From the NCBI GenBank assembly GCA_015232565.1, contig JADFZK010000001.1, forward strand, positions 13,160 to 77,159: a DNA stretch of 64,000 bases, given 5' to 3'. Both the position numbers and the translations under genes were made by a program. Numbering within the stretch: position 1 is the first letter of the stretch; each line of letters opens with the position of its first letter. Below the pieces are notes generated by a model. That model ran no database searches, had not been told where the DNA came from, and was given only the letters and a program-made list of their open reading frames with translations. This DNA comes from Candidatus Omnitrophota bacterium. GTDB lineage: Bacteria; Omnitrophota; Gorgyraeia; Zapsychrales; Fredricksoniimonadaceae. Shown here in pieces: positions 38,832 to 48,630 of this stretch.

Positions 38832-39802
38832 GGTCGGTTGTGGGAGTGAATGTGGCTTGTGAGAAGTTAAGGGTTTTAATTATTGGGCTCGGTTCTATAG
38901 GCCAGCGGCATGCGTGTTTGCTTCAGGGAAACTTTGGCCATCAGCTTTTTGCATTGCGATCCGGTAAGGGGGATATTATTGATCTTCCTGGGGTTACGAT
39001 GTTGGATTCCTGGGAGGGTGTGGATGCGGTGTCTCCACAGGTGGCTCTTGTTACGAATCCGACGGGTTTTCATTTATCGACGGCGGTCAGGTGTGCTGTG
39101 AGGGGAATGCATTTGTTCATTGAGAAGCCGATCGATTGCACCGATCGAGGGCTTGACGATCTTTTGAAGGTTGTCAGGGATAAACATCTTGTGGCCTATG
39201 TAGCGTACCCTCTTCGTTTTCATCCGTTGATACTTCTATTGCGTAAGTTGCTTGAAGGGCGGAAGGTCTTGCATGCCCAAGTGGTTTGCTCTTCGTACTT
39301 GCCGGATTGGCGTCCAGGGCGTGATTCGCACACTTTATATTCCGCCAAGAGAGTGGAAGGCGGTGGGGTTTTGCTTGATCTTTCACATGAGCTTGATTAC
39401 GCTGAATATTTGTTTGGATCGCTTAATTTGCTTAAAGGGCGGATGGGTCGGGTATCGGATGTTACGATCGACGCTGAAGATTATGCGGATTTGGTGTGTG
39501 AATATGAACGAGCGGCTGTTAATATTCATCTGAACTATTTCAGTCGGCAGGCTAAGCGTGATATTGGGATTGACCTGAAGAATGGCCACATACAAGCGGA
39601 TTTGCTTAGTGGAAATATTCGGCAGGTTATCGATGGTAAAGTGGAAGAATACATGGTTTCGTTTGGTCGGGATGATATGTTTTTGGAGCAGTTGAGACAT
39701 TTCTTTGGTGCTATTAACGGTGCTCCCTTGATCAATGATCTCGCTTCGGCGGCTAGATTATTTCGGAAGCTCTTGGCGTTCAGAGAGGAGATTCTAGTAT
39801 GA
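38828..39802 (+). CDS. Gfo/Idh/MocA oxidoreductase (PtmF/ElaA-like)
   Basis: IGLGSIGQRH, FIEKP, YLPDWRPG, GGVLLDLSHELDY; start uncertain. Confidence 0.85.
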   Translation: MRSVVGVNVACEKLRVLIIGLGSIGQRHACLLQGNFGHQLFALRSGKGDIIDLPGVTMLDSWEGVDAVSPQVALVTNPTGFHLSTAVRCAVRGMHLFIEKPIDCTDRGLDDLLKVVRDKHLVAYVAYPLRFHPLILLLRKLLEGRKVLHAQVVCSSYLPDWRPGRDSHTLYSAKRVEGGGVLLDLSHELDYAEYLFGSLNLLKGRMGRVSDVTIDAEDYADLVCEYERAAVNIHLNYFSRQAKRDIGIDLKNGHIQADLLSGNIRQVIDGKVEEYMVSFGRDDMFLEQLRHFFGAINGAPLINDLASAARLFRKLLAFREEILV

Positions 39803-40509
39803 ATATTCTGATGGTGGTATGCGCTCGGGGAGGTTCCAAGGGTGTGAAGAATAAGAATATACGGCTATTGTGCGGCAAGCCGTTGATCGCGTACTCGCTG
39901 GAGCATTGTAAGGCCTGGGGTCGCGCCGCGCATATTATTGTTTCAACAGATTCATCTGAGATCGCCGAGATAGCGCTTCGGTGGGGCGCGGAAGTCCCAT
40001 TTATGCGACCACCGGAGTTGGCTACGGACACTGCACCTAAGGTTCCGGTGATTCGGCATGCGCTTCTGTCCGCGGAGGCATATTACGGCAGTCAGTTTGA
40101 TGTGGTGGTTGATATTGACGCCTCAGCTCCCTTACGCACTGTCAGGGATATTGAAGGGGCTTTTCAGGCTTTTTGTTTCGGTGAAGTTGATACAGTCTTT
40201 AGTGTTGTTCCAGCTCATCGCAATCCGTATTTTAACATGGTTGAGGAAGGTCTGGATGGCTATTGCCAACTGGTTAAGCCCTTGCCAGGGGTGATAACAT
40301 CACGCCAGATTGCGCCTAAGGTTTTTGATCTTAACGCGTCGATCTATTTTTACAAGTCGGATTATCTCAGGGATTTGGCGGTGTTATCTCCCATTTCGCG
40401 AAAATCTAAGGTTTATGTGATGGATCCAATCTGCGCGCGTGACATTGACTCGGAAGAGGATTTTAATTACGTGGAGTATCTTGTACAGCGAGGATTGGTA
40501 ACCTTATGA
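39799..40509 (+). CDS. neuA: Acylneuraminate-type cytidylyltransferase (LegF/PtmB/ElaB-like)
   Basis: CARGGSKGVKNKN, GKPLIAY, RPPELATD, RNPYFNMVE, DIDSEEDF. Confidence 0.88.
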   Translation: MNILMVVCARGGSKGVKNKNIRLLCGKPLIAYSLEHCKAWGRAAHIIVSTDSSEIAEIALRWGAEVPFMRPPELATDTAPKVPVIRHALLSAEAYYGSQFDVVVDIDASAPLRTVRDIEGAFQAFCFGEVDTVFSVVPAHRNPYFNMVEEGLDGYCQLVKPLPGVITSRQIAPKVFDLNASIYFYKSDYLRDLAVLSPISRKSKVYVMDPICARDIDSEEDFNYVEYLVQRGLVTL

Positions 40510-41288
40510 ACAAAATGCTGGATTGCTCAGGTAAAGTGGTGGTTGTTACTGGTGGCGCAGGACGTATAGGGAAGCATTTGGCTCAGGCCTTTGCTTTGGC
40601 AGGGGCTGAAGTTGTGGTAGCTGATATCGATGAGAAAGCGGCTGCGGCGGTAAGCGATTTATTGCAACAACAGGGGCACAGGGCTATGTCCCTGCTATTG
40701 GATATTGCGGATGAATCTTCGATTGTTCAGTGCATAGCCTTACTTAAAGCGCGCTTTCAGGCTATCGATGTTTGGGTGAATAATGCCTATCCACGTACTG
40801 CTGACTGGGGAGTCAAACTTGAGGATATCCCTGCGGAGTCATGGCGTAAGAATGTTGACATGCATTTGATTGGTTACTGTTTGTGCTGTCAGAAAGTTGC
40901 CGAGCATATGAAGGTTTTGGGCACGGGCAGTATTATCAATATTTCGTCAATTTATGGTATCATTGCGCCTGACTTCTCTGTATATGAAGGTACTGCGATG
41001 ACCTCGGCGGCGCCCTATGCTGCGATAAAGGGGGGCATTGTGCAGTTTACCCGTTATTTGGCATCGTATTACGGGCCGTCGGGAGTCAGGGTAAATAGCG
41101 TCTCTCCCGGTGGTGTGTTTGACAATCAGCCCGGTTCGTTCGTGAAGGCGTACATTTCTAAGACGCCGTTGCGGCGCATGGCAACAGTTGGAGATGTGGC
41201 GGGGGCGGTCCTTTTTCTGGGCTCGGAAGCTTCGGCGTATATTACCGGGCATAATCTTGTTGTGGATGGCGGGTATAGTATTCAATAA
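40506..41288 (+). CDS. SDR oxidoreductase (PtmA/ElaC-like)
   Basis: TGGAGRIG, NNAYPRT, SSIYG, YAAIKGG, SPGG, VDGG. Confidence 0.88.
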   Translation: MNKMLDCSGKVVVVTGGAGRIGKHLAQAFALAGAEVVVADIDEKAAAAVSDLLQQQGHRAMSLLLDIADESSIVQCIALLKARFQAIDVWVNNAYPRTADWGVKLEDIPAESWRKNVDMHLIGYCLCCQKVAEHMKVLGTGSIINISSIYGIIAPDFSVYEGTAMTSAAPYAAIKGGIVQFTRYLASYYGPSGVRVNSVSPGGVFDNQPGSFVKAYISKTPLRRMATVGDVAGAVLFLGSEASAYITGHNLVVDGGYSIQ

Positions 41289-41372
41289 ATTTTATGTAAA
41301 GATTTTGAATGGGGCCTGTTCGTTTTAAGGTTGAAACATGGAAACTCGTTTGGCGATCTATATGGGACAAGT

Positions 41373-42137
41373 ATGAGAATTATTCCGCGCCTGGATATCA
41401 AGAACAATACGGTTGTGAAGGGCATTCATCTTGAAGGGCTGCGCGTTGTAGGCGATCCGGCGGAGTTGTCAAGGACCTATTATGCACAGGGTGCTGATGA
41501 GATCCTGTATATGGATGCCGTGGCGAGCTTATATGAACGCAACAGCCTTAAAGATATTATTCGTGTCGTAAGTGAGGATGTGTTTATTCCGTTGACTGTT
41601 GGCGGTGGTATTCGCAGTATCGACGATATCAGAGGGATCTTACGCGCCGGGGCGGACAAGGTTGCCATTAATACGGCGGCTATTCGTCGTCCCGGGTTTA
41701 TACGCGAGGCTTCGCAGATATTCGGGTCGCAGTGTATAGCGGTTTCGATAGAGGCCAAGAGAATAGGCGATGGTGTTTGGGAAGCTTATGTTGATACTGG
41801 ACGGGAGACCACAGGAATTGATGTGGTTGAGTGGGCTCAGGAAGTGGTGCGTTTGGGGGCTGGAGAGATTATTGTAACGTCCATTGACCGCGAAGGCATG
41901 AAGAATGGTTTTGAGATCGATCTAGTAGAACGGATCATGAATCTTGTTTCTGTTCCTGTGGTGGCCTGTGGCGGGTGCGGGCGGCCGGAACACGTGGAAG
42001 CACTATTGAATCGCGCTTCGGTAAGCGGTGTTGCTTGTGCGTCGATTTTTCACTATCAATTAAGTGATGTCACGGCTTTAAAGATGCATTTGGGTAAGGC
42101 AGGTATTCCGGTGAGAGCAGTCGGGAAGAATTTATGA
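41373..42137 (+). CDS. HisF-like cyclase paralogue (WbuZ-like, glycan amidotransferase system)
   Basis: IIPRLDIK...VKGIHLEGLR, DAVASLY, TVGGGIRS, TSIDREG; adjacent to WbuX-like gene. Confidence 0.85.
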   Translation: MRIIPRLDIKNNTVVKGIHLEGLRVVGDPAELSRTYYAQGADEILYMDAVASLYERNSLKDIIRVVSEDVFIPLTVGGGIRSIDDIRGILRAGADKVAINTAAIRRPGFIREASQIFGSQCIAVSIEAKRIGDGVWEAYVDTGRETTGIDVVEWAQEVVRLGAGEIIVTSIDREGMKNGFEIDLVERIMNLVSVPVVACGGCGRPEHVEALLNRASVSGVACASIFHYQLSDVTALKMHLGKAGIPVRAVGKNL

Positions 42138-42775
42138 AAGTTGTAATTATTGATTATGGGTTATGTAATTTGCTGAGTGTTCACAACGCGCTGAGGTCGT
42201 TTGGGGTTGATTCTACCGTAACGCCTGATCCGGAGAAACTTAAAGGCGCGGATGCCCTCATTTTGCCTGGAGTGGGTGCTTTTGAGGATGGGATGAAGGG
42301 TTTAAGGGACCGTGGTTTTATAAGGCCTATTGAGGAGTACGTGGCAAGCGGCCGTCCTCTTTTAGGCATATGCCTGGGTATGCAACTTTTGTTTGATAAA
42401 AGCTTTGAGTTCGGCGAATTTGAAGGGCTGCATCTTATTCCCGGGGAGGTTGTTCCGGTAAAGCCTGCAGGCTCAACAGGAGTTCCCTGTAAGATCCCGC
42501 ATGTTGGCTGGAATGCATTGCTGAAATCTACGCGAGACTGGAGGGGTACCATTTTGGGCGATATCCCAGCGGGCGCGGAAATGTACTTCGTGCATTCGTA
42601 TCAAGGTGTCCCTGAATATAAGGAGCATGTTCTGGCAGAAACGGATTACTGTGGGAACCGATTTTGTTCTGTGGTTGCTTGTGGCAATGTGTTTGGGTGT
42701 CAGTTTCATCCTGAGAAAAGCGCCGCAGATGGCTTAACAATTCTAAGAAGTTTTCTTTCAATAAAAGGAGTGTGA
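42134..42775 (+). CDS. HisH-like glutamine amidotransferase (WbuY-like)
   Basis: LPGVGAF, GICLGMQ, PHVGWN, YFVHSY, QFHPEKS. Confidence 0.88.
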   Translation: MKVVIIDYGLCNLLSVHNALRSFGVDSTVTPDPEKLKGADALILPGVGAFEDGMKGLRDRGFIRPIEEYVASGRPLLGICLGMQLLFDKSFEFGEFEGLHLIPGEVVPVKPAGSTGVPCKIPHVGWNALLKSTRDWRGTILGDIPAGAEMYFVHSYQGVPEYKEHVLAETDYCGNRFCSVVACGNVFGCQFHPEKSAADGLTILRSFLSIKGV

Positions 42776-42778
42776 TTT

Positions 42779-44038
42779 ATGCCTGATTTAGAGGCGCTAT
42801 TCGGACTTCCCCGGGAGGTTAAGTTTTGCAGGATTTGCAATATTACCAATCAGCGTCCGAACTCAGTTAATGAGTATGAGCATGTGCGCTCGTCGGTCAA
42901 GAGTACGATTCAGTTTAATGAAGATGGCGTTTGCGCGGGCTGTATTAACAAGGAGCGCCAGCATTTAGCGATTGACTGGAAAAAGAGAGAAGAGGAGCTG
43001 TGGGCGCTTTGTGATCATCATCGCAAGAGTGATGGCAATTATGATTGCATTGTGCCGGGAAGCGGTGGTAAAGACAGTATATATGCTTCTTGGCTTCTTA
43101 AGTATAAGTTCAAGATGCATCCATTGACGGTCACCTGGTCGCCTCATTTGTACACTGATGTAGGCTGGAGGAATTTCCAGTCGTGGATCCATAAAGGTGG
43201 ATTTGACAATTTCTTGTTCACTCCCAATGGTAAGTCGCATCGCTTGCTGACTCGTTTGGCAGTCCAGAATCTTCTTCATCCATTTCAACCATTCATTCTG
43301 GGTCAGAAAACATTTGTTACTAAGATGTGCGCGCGAATGGATATTTCTTTGGCGTTCTACGGGGAAATGCCTGGAGAGTACGGGACTACAGGCATTCTGT
43401 CCGCTAGTGGAGAGGAGAAGAAATTCTCAGGTTACGCTGGTTCAGGCTTTAGCACGGATATGCTGGGTGGCAGGGATGTGATGGATCTCTATCTTGGCGG
43501 TGTCTCGGTTAAGGATATCGTGGAGAAACACGGTGTGGCCTTGGTTGATTTGAAAGCTTATCTTCCCCTTGAAGCTCAGATCGTTCGTGAGAAAAAGATT
43601 GATATTTATTTTACGGGCTATTTTGTAAAGTGGGATCCGCAGGAATGTTATTATTTCTCGGTTGAAAAGACCGGATTTGAAGCAAATCCCGTTCGTACTG
43701 AGGGGACTTATTCCAAATACAATAGCCTTGATGACAGGATTGATGGGTATTTCTACTATACTTCTTGGATCAAATTCGGCATGGGCAGAGCCATGCAGGA
43801 TTCAGCGCAGGAGATTCGCAATAAGAAGATCACAACAGATGAAGGCAGGGCCTTGATAAAGAAGTTTGACGGGGAATTCCCGTTGCGGTATTACAAGGAA
43901 TTTCTGGAGTATATCGGGATGACGGATAAGGAATTTCGTGATATATGTGATTCGTTCCGTTCGTCTCATTTGTGGGCTAAAGTTAATGGTGAGTGGCGGT
44001 TGCGGCATACGGCCAATAATGATGGGGTTGATGATTAA
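42779..44038 (+). CDS. N-acetyl sugar amidotransferase (WbuX/PseA family)
   Basis: CRIC..TNQRP, PP-loop PGSGGKDS, HPLTVTW, HPFQPFILGQK, YNSLDD, KFGMGRA. Confidence 0.9.
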   Translation: MPDLEALFGLPREVKFCRICNITNQRPNSVNEYEHVRSSVKSTIQFNEDGVCAGCINKERQHLAIDWKKREEELWALCDHHRKSDGNYDCIVPGSGGKDSIYASWLLKYKFKMHPLTVTWSPHLYTDVGWRNFQSWIHKGGFDNFLFTPNGKSHRLLTRLAVQNLLHPFQPFILGQKTFVTKMCARMDISLAFYGEMPGEYGTTGILSASGEEKKFSGYAGSGFSTDMLGGRDVMDLYLGGVSVKDIVEKHGVALVDLKAYLPLEAQIVREKKIDIYFTGYFVKWDPQECYYFSVEKTGFEANPVRTEGTYSKYNSLDDRIDGYFYYTSWIKFGMGRAMQDSAQEIRNKKITTDEGRALIKKFDGEFPLRYYKEFLEYIGMTDKEFRDICDSFRSSHLWAKVNGEWRLRHTANNDGVDD

Positions 44039-44144
44039 TAATCGGTCGGGAAGTGCTGCAGGTCATCGCGGTCTCCTGTAAGGGCGGCATCTTTGAAGAG
44101 TATTAACACTTTAAATAGAGTTTCTTAACGGGGGAGCGAAGGTA

Positions 44145-45377
44145 ATGCATAAGAACATAGATAAATGCAGAATCTGCGGAAATACGAACCTGGTTGAGGT
44201 CGTTGATCTTGGGATGATGATGTTAACGGGCGTTTTCCCCAGATCTGTTGACACTAATATCACGTCTGGTCCCATAAGTTTGGTCAAGTGTTCCGGAGGG
44301 GAGGGAGTTTGTGGATTGCTACAATTGAGGCAATCGTATGACCTGGGTGATCTTTATGGTATGAATTATGGGTATCGTTCAGGTCTTAATAAGAGCATGG
44401 TCGAGCATTTGCATGGGAAAGTTAGAAAGATAGAGAGCTTGGTTAACCTGAAGGCCAATGATTTGATCGTCGATATCGGCAGTAATGACGGCACAACGTT
44501 GGCGGCTTATCCCGAGGAAGGTTTGGACCTGGTGGGTATTGATCCCACAGGTTTGAAGTTTAAGAATTACTATAGACCGCATATTAAGCTTATCCCGGAT
44601 TTCTTCTCGCGAGAGATCCTAATGAAATATTGCGGAAAGAAAAAAGCTAAAGTGGTTACATCATTCTCGATGTTTTATGATTTGGAAGCCCCTTTATTAT
44701 TTATGAAGGAAGTGCGAGATGTCCTGGATGATGAAGGCATTTGGGTGTTTGAGCAAAGCTATATGCCTACAATGCTCAAGACGAATTCATTTGATACTAT
44801 TTGTCAGGAACATTTGGAATATTATGCTGTTAAGCAGATCAAGTGGATGGCTGACAAGGCAGATTTAAAGATCATTGATGTTGAATTTAATAATGTTAAT
44901 GGCGGTAGTTTCTCGGTAATGGTGGCAAAAAGAAGTTCGCATTATCCGCAGGCGCTTGATTTAGAGGAGTTGTTGAACGAAGAAATTGAAAGGGGATTTG
45001 ATACGCTGGTTCCTTACCGTGAATTTGCTAAAGTGGCGGATAGGGTAAGAAACGAGCTTTTGGCGTTTATTGATCGGGTTCACTCCGAGGGGAAGACCAT
45101 TTGCGGATTGGGTGCATCTACCAAGGGAAATGTTTTGTTACAGTATTGCGGCATCACCGCTGATCGTTTGCCGTGCATTGGTGAGGTCAATGCTGAGAAG
45201 TTTGGGGCGCATACGCCGGGGACATTTATTCCGATCATTTCCGAGAGTGATCTTTTGGCGATGAATCCGGATTATTTGCTTGTTCTTCCGTGGCATTTCA
45301 GGAGTTTTTTCACTAAGATACCAAAGTTTAGGAAAGTTAAGTTGGTCTTCCCATTGCCACAACTAGAGGTGGTGTAA
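44145..45377 (+). CDS. NDP-hexose C-methyltransferase-like protein
   Basis: CRICG...LVKC...CGLLQL, DIGSNDG, FDTICQEHLEYY, GASTKGN, LVLPWHF. Confidence 0.88.
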   Translation: MHKNIDKCRICGNTNLVEVVDLGMMMLTGVFPRSVDTNITSGPISLVKCSGGEGVCGLLQLRQSYDLGDLYGMNYGYRSGLNKSMVEHLHGKVRKIESLVNLKANDLIVDIGSNDGTTLAAYPEEGLDLVGIDPTGLKFKNYYRPHIKLIPDFFSREILMKYCGKKKAKVVTSFSMFYDLEAPLLFMKEVRDVLDDEGIWVFEQSYMPTMLKTNSFDTICQEHLEYYAVKQIKWMADKADLKIIDVEFNNVNGGSFSVMVAKRSSHYPQALDLEELLNEEIERGFDTLVPYREFAKVADRVRNELLAFIDRVHSEGKTICGLGASTKGNVLLQYCGITADRLPCIGEVNAEKFGAHTPGTFIPIISESDLLAMNPDYLLVLPWHFRSFFTKIPKFRKVKLVFPLPQLEVV

Positions 45378-45403
45378 GTTTAGTGCTTTCTAATGGGGGG
45401 GGA

Positions 45404-45850
45404 ATGCATTCAGTTATTCCAGATAGGCTGTATAGACAGATTTTAAGGGTGATGCCAATTGCCTGCGTTGACTTACTTGTATTTGATCAGGTGGGTCAAA
45501 TATTACTGGTTAGAAGAAACAATGAGCCGGTAAAAGGGCAGTGGTGGTTTCCGGGTGGCAGGGTATGGTTTGGAGAAATGCGGGAGGCCGCCGCTAGGAG
45601 AAAACTTAAAGAAGAGTGTGGGATTGACGCTAAATTAGTAAAAGAGTTCGGGACATATGATGTCATTCTTCCTGTGAAGGGAAGTTTTGTGCATGCTGTT
45701 TCAACGGTGTACCGTCTTTCGGTAGCGCAGGATTCGCGCGTGATTCTTGATCAGCAGAGTAGTGAGTTTCGCTGGCGTTCGGTAGAGGATTGGCTGAAAG
45801 ATCCTATTGATGACTTTGTAAGAGGTATTTTGAAACAGGAGATTCACTGA
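45404..45850 (+). CDS. NUDIX hydrolase, GDP-mannose mannosyl hydrolase-like
   Basis: MPIACVDL, RNNEPVKGQWWFPGGRV, EECG. Confidence 0.8.
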   Translation: MHSVIPDRLYRQILRVMPIACVDLLVFDQVGQILLVRRNNEPVKGQWWFPGGRVWFGEMREAAARRKLKEECGIDAKLVKEFGTYDVILPVKGSFVHAVSTVYRLSVAQDSRVILDQQSSEFRWRSVEDWLKDPIDDFVRGILKQEIH

Positions 45851-45905
45851 AGTTAGGGCAGGATTGAATGATATCTTAACGTATGTTGCTTTTGGGAGCG
45901 AGGGT

Positions 45906-46667
45906 ATGTCATTGAAGAAGATAAAGAAGATTGTATTAGTGGCTCATGATAATGAAGGGTCAGCTAGATTGTTTAATAGGGTTACGTCGAATTTTCCTGA
46001 TGTCGAGTTTCTACTGGTCATTGGAGAGTCTTTGTATTATAAGAAATCATTCTTGGCTTCTGTAATTAAGCTTTTGCGAGAGGCCAGCTGGCTTTTTGTA
46101 TTTGTTCGGTTTATTGAGCTCGTAAAGTACAAGATTATCGGTAAGACCCTGAAAAAAGAATGTTTGGATAAAGGCATTCGTTATATTTGTACCAGGGACA
46201 TTAATGCGCCGGAGGCGCTTGAAAGTATCCGGGCATATGCACCGGATCTTCTTATTTCGTTGTTCACTATGCAGATCTACAAGGCATCGGTTATTGGTAT
46301 CCCTCGGTACGGGGCGATTACGAGTCATCCGTCGATTTTGCCGAAATACAGGGGATTGGAAGTGTTTTTTTGGGTTTTGGCCAATGACGAGAAGGAGACT
46401 GGTGTCAGTGTTTTCTTTTTGAATGAAAAGATAGATGCCGGAAAGGTGTTTGAACAGGAGGTTGTTCCGATAACCGCAGGTACAACGGTCGCTTCTCTTT
46501 ATAAGACCATAACCGATATCGGCGGAGATTTATTGGTAAAAGCTGTGATAGATATCGATAACGACGAGGTTCACTATATTGGTTCCGAGGGAGAGGGGTC
46601 TTATTATCCTATGCCTGATAGAGCTTCGGTACGGCGTTTTCTTAGGCTCGGGCGTAAATTCTTCTAA
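45906..46667 (+). CDS. Formyltransferase-family protein
   Basis: PDLLISL, HPSILPKYRG, ETGVSV, IDAG. Confidence 0.8.
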   Translation: MSLKKIKKIVLVAHDNEGSARLFNRVTSNFPDVEFLLVIGESLYYKKSFLASVIKLLREASWLFVFVRFIELVKYKIIGKTLKKECLDKGIRYICTRDINAPEALESIRAYAPDLLISLFTMQIYKASVIGIPRYGAITSHPSILPKYRGLEVFFWVLANDEKETGVSVFFLNEKIDAGKVFEQEVVPITAGTTVASLYKTITDIGGDLLVKAVIDIDNDEVHYIGSEGEGSYYPMPDRASVRRFLRLGRKFF

Positions 46668-46697
46668 GGATTTGAACTCAATGACGAGGGGCTTTTT

Positions 46698-47816
46698 ATG
46701 GCTGATGTGCTGGTTTATAAAGAATTTATTCCCTGGGCAAAGCCTAGTTACTGGGGAAAAGAGAAAGAGTACGCTTTAGAGGCGATTTCTTCTTCGTGGA
46801 TATCTGGTGGGCCCTTTGTGGACCGGCTGGAAAAAGACATTGCCAGATATTATGGTTGTGGTCGGGCTTTGACTTCATCCAATGGTACGGCGGCACTTCA
46901 CATGGCGTTTCTTTCGCTTGGGCTCGGACCGGGTGACGAAATCATTGTCCCCGGATTTGGTTTTATGGCGGCAGCTAATGTGGGTTCCTTGATGGGGATA
47001 AAGCCTGTTTTTGCCGAGGTCGATCCGGACACATGGTGTATGCGAGCGGAAGATGTCGAGCCTTGCGTGACCGAGCGTACTAAGGCGATCGTGCCGATAC
47101 ATAATTATGGCAATGTGTGTCCGATGGATACGATCATGGCCTTTGCTTCTCGAAAGGGTATTGCCGTTGTAGAAGATGCGGCAGAATCTTTCGCTTCCCG
47201 TTATGACGGCAAGCTGTCCGGCACTTTTGGGACTATTGGTACGTTCAGTTTTCACGCGACAAAGACAATTACCACGGGTGAAGGAGGCATGGCTATTACG
47301 GATCGCCAGGATCTTGGGGATCTGATGGCGCTATATCGGAGTCATGGGTTGCTGAGGAAACGTCATTACTGGCATGAAATTACGGGACATAATTTCAGGC
47401 TAACCAATATGCAGGCGGCACTCGGGTGCGCGCAGATGGAGAGACTGGAAGAGATCATTCGTGAACGCAAGAGGATCCATCTGGCGTATGCGGGCCATCT
47501 TGGTTCTTTTGACGGAGTGTCAATGCAGGTTTTTACGCCTAAGGTTGATCCTGTGCTTTGGGCCACAGCGGTGAAGATTGATTCTGTGGCATATCCTCAG
47601 GGCAGAGATATTGTACTCCAGCAGATGCTTGCGGCAAATATTGAAACCCGGCCCGGTTTTTATACGGCTTTTGGTATGAAGCATCTTCATCAAAGCGGGC
47701 GACTGCCCGTGTGCGAAGCGTTAAGCGGCCAGATCATCAGTTTGCCGACTTTTCCGACATTGAGTGATGAACAGATCGATTTTATTTGCACAAAGTTGAA
47801 AGGTCTCCGCAGATAA
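46698..47816 (+). CDS. DegT/DnrJ aminotransferase, perosamine-synthase-like
   Basis: SSWISGGPFV, SNGTAALH, EDAAES, SFHATKTITTGEGG, YWHEITGHNFRLTNMQAALG, IETRP. Confidence 0.88.
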   Translation: MADVLVYKEFIPWAKPSYWGKEKEYALEAISSSWISGGPFVDRLEKDIARYYGCGRALTSSNGTAALHMAFLSLGLGPGDEIIVPGFGFMAAANVGSLMGIKPVFAEVDPDTWCMRAEDVEPCVTERTKAIVPIHNYGNVCPMDTIMAFASRKGIAVVEDAAESFASRYDGKLSGTFGTIGTFSFHATKTITTGEGGMAITDRQDLGDLMALYRSHGLLRKRHYWHEITGHNFRLTNMQAALGCAQMERLEEIIRERKRIHLAYAGHLGSFDGVSMQVFTPKVDPVLWATAVKIDSVAYPQGRDIVLQQMLAANIETRPGFYTAFGMKHLHQSGRLPVCEALSGQIISLPTFPTLSDEQIDFICTKLKGLRR

Positions 47817-48625
47817 TGATAAAGGTAAGGAATAATGACGATTTGTTATTGGCATATATGGGTATGGCACCGCTTGCGCTTGCTTTTGAAAGATATTTGG
47901 AGTGTCAGATATACCGGGATCTTGAGCTGGCTGATCCGGTGCTTGATATCGGTTGTGGTGACGGCTTGTTCGCGCATATTCTTTTTGATGGGCAGGTTGA
48001 TACCGGCATAGACTTGAATCCGCATGAATTGGAACGGGCGCGTGTGTTGGGCGGGTATAAAGAGCTGATTACTTGCAGTGCGGGTGCGATCCCGAAACCG
48101 GATGGATCATACCGGACGATTATTTCTAACAGCGTGCTGGAACACATACCTGATCTTTCTTCTGTGCTTAAAGAGGCGCATCGTCTTCTTGTGCCGGGTG
48201 GAAGATTTTATGTGACTGTGCCTGCTCCCGAGTTCGAGGAGTATACTATCGGGAATATTGTTCTTACCGGGATTGGGTTGCGAGGGGTGGCGGCTGGGTA
48301 CAAAGCCTTCTGTAGCCGTGTGCTTTGGCGACAGATTCACTATAAGTCGGTTGAGGGCTGGAAGGCTCTTGCGATGGCGCATGGTTTTGAAGTGCTGGAT
48401 GGATTTGCCTATGATTCTCGGCAGGTTTGTCTTTTGAATGATTTTCTGTATCCCTTTAGCATTCTGGATGTGATCAAGAAGCGGTTGTTGAACCGCTGGA
48501 CACTAATGCCGACTTTTCGACGTTTCTGGATGTATCCATTTTATCTTTTTGCAAAGAATTTCTTAAAAGGCAATGTCCGGGCAGATTCTGGAGGTTTGGT
48601 TTTTCTTTCATTAAGGAAGGGGTAG
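47816..48625 (+). CDS. Class I SAM methyltransferase
   Basis: LDIGCGDG, SNSVLEHIPD, LVPGG. Confidence 0.85.
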   Translation: MIKVRNNDDLLLAYMGMAPLALAFERYLECQIYRDLELADPVLDIGCGDGLFAHILFDGQVDTGIDLNPHELERARVLGGYKELITCSAGAIPKPDGSYRTIISNSVLEHIPDLSSVLKEAHRLLVPGGRFYVTVPAPEFEEYTIGNIVLTGIGLRGVAAGYKAFCSRVLWRQIHYKSVEGWKALAMAHGFEVLDGFAYDSRQVCLLNDFLYPFSILDVIKKRLLNRWTLMPTFRRFWMYPFYLFAKNFLKGNVRADSGGLVFLSLRKG

Positions 48626-48630
48626 TGCAT

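Noticed and set aside
41373-42775. Histidine biosynthesis hisF/hisH
   Set aside because: Adjacent to a WbuX-type amidotransferase inside a glycan locus with no hisA/B/D/G, so treated as glycan-pathway paralogues.
45395-45402. G8 tract as a phase-variation switch
   Set aside because: Short, and lies just before the likely ATG where it can serve as an RBS; no frameshifted gene seen.
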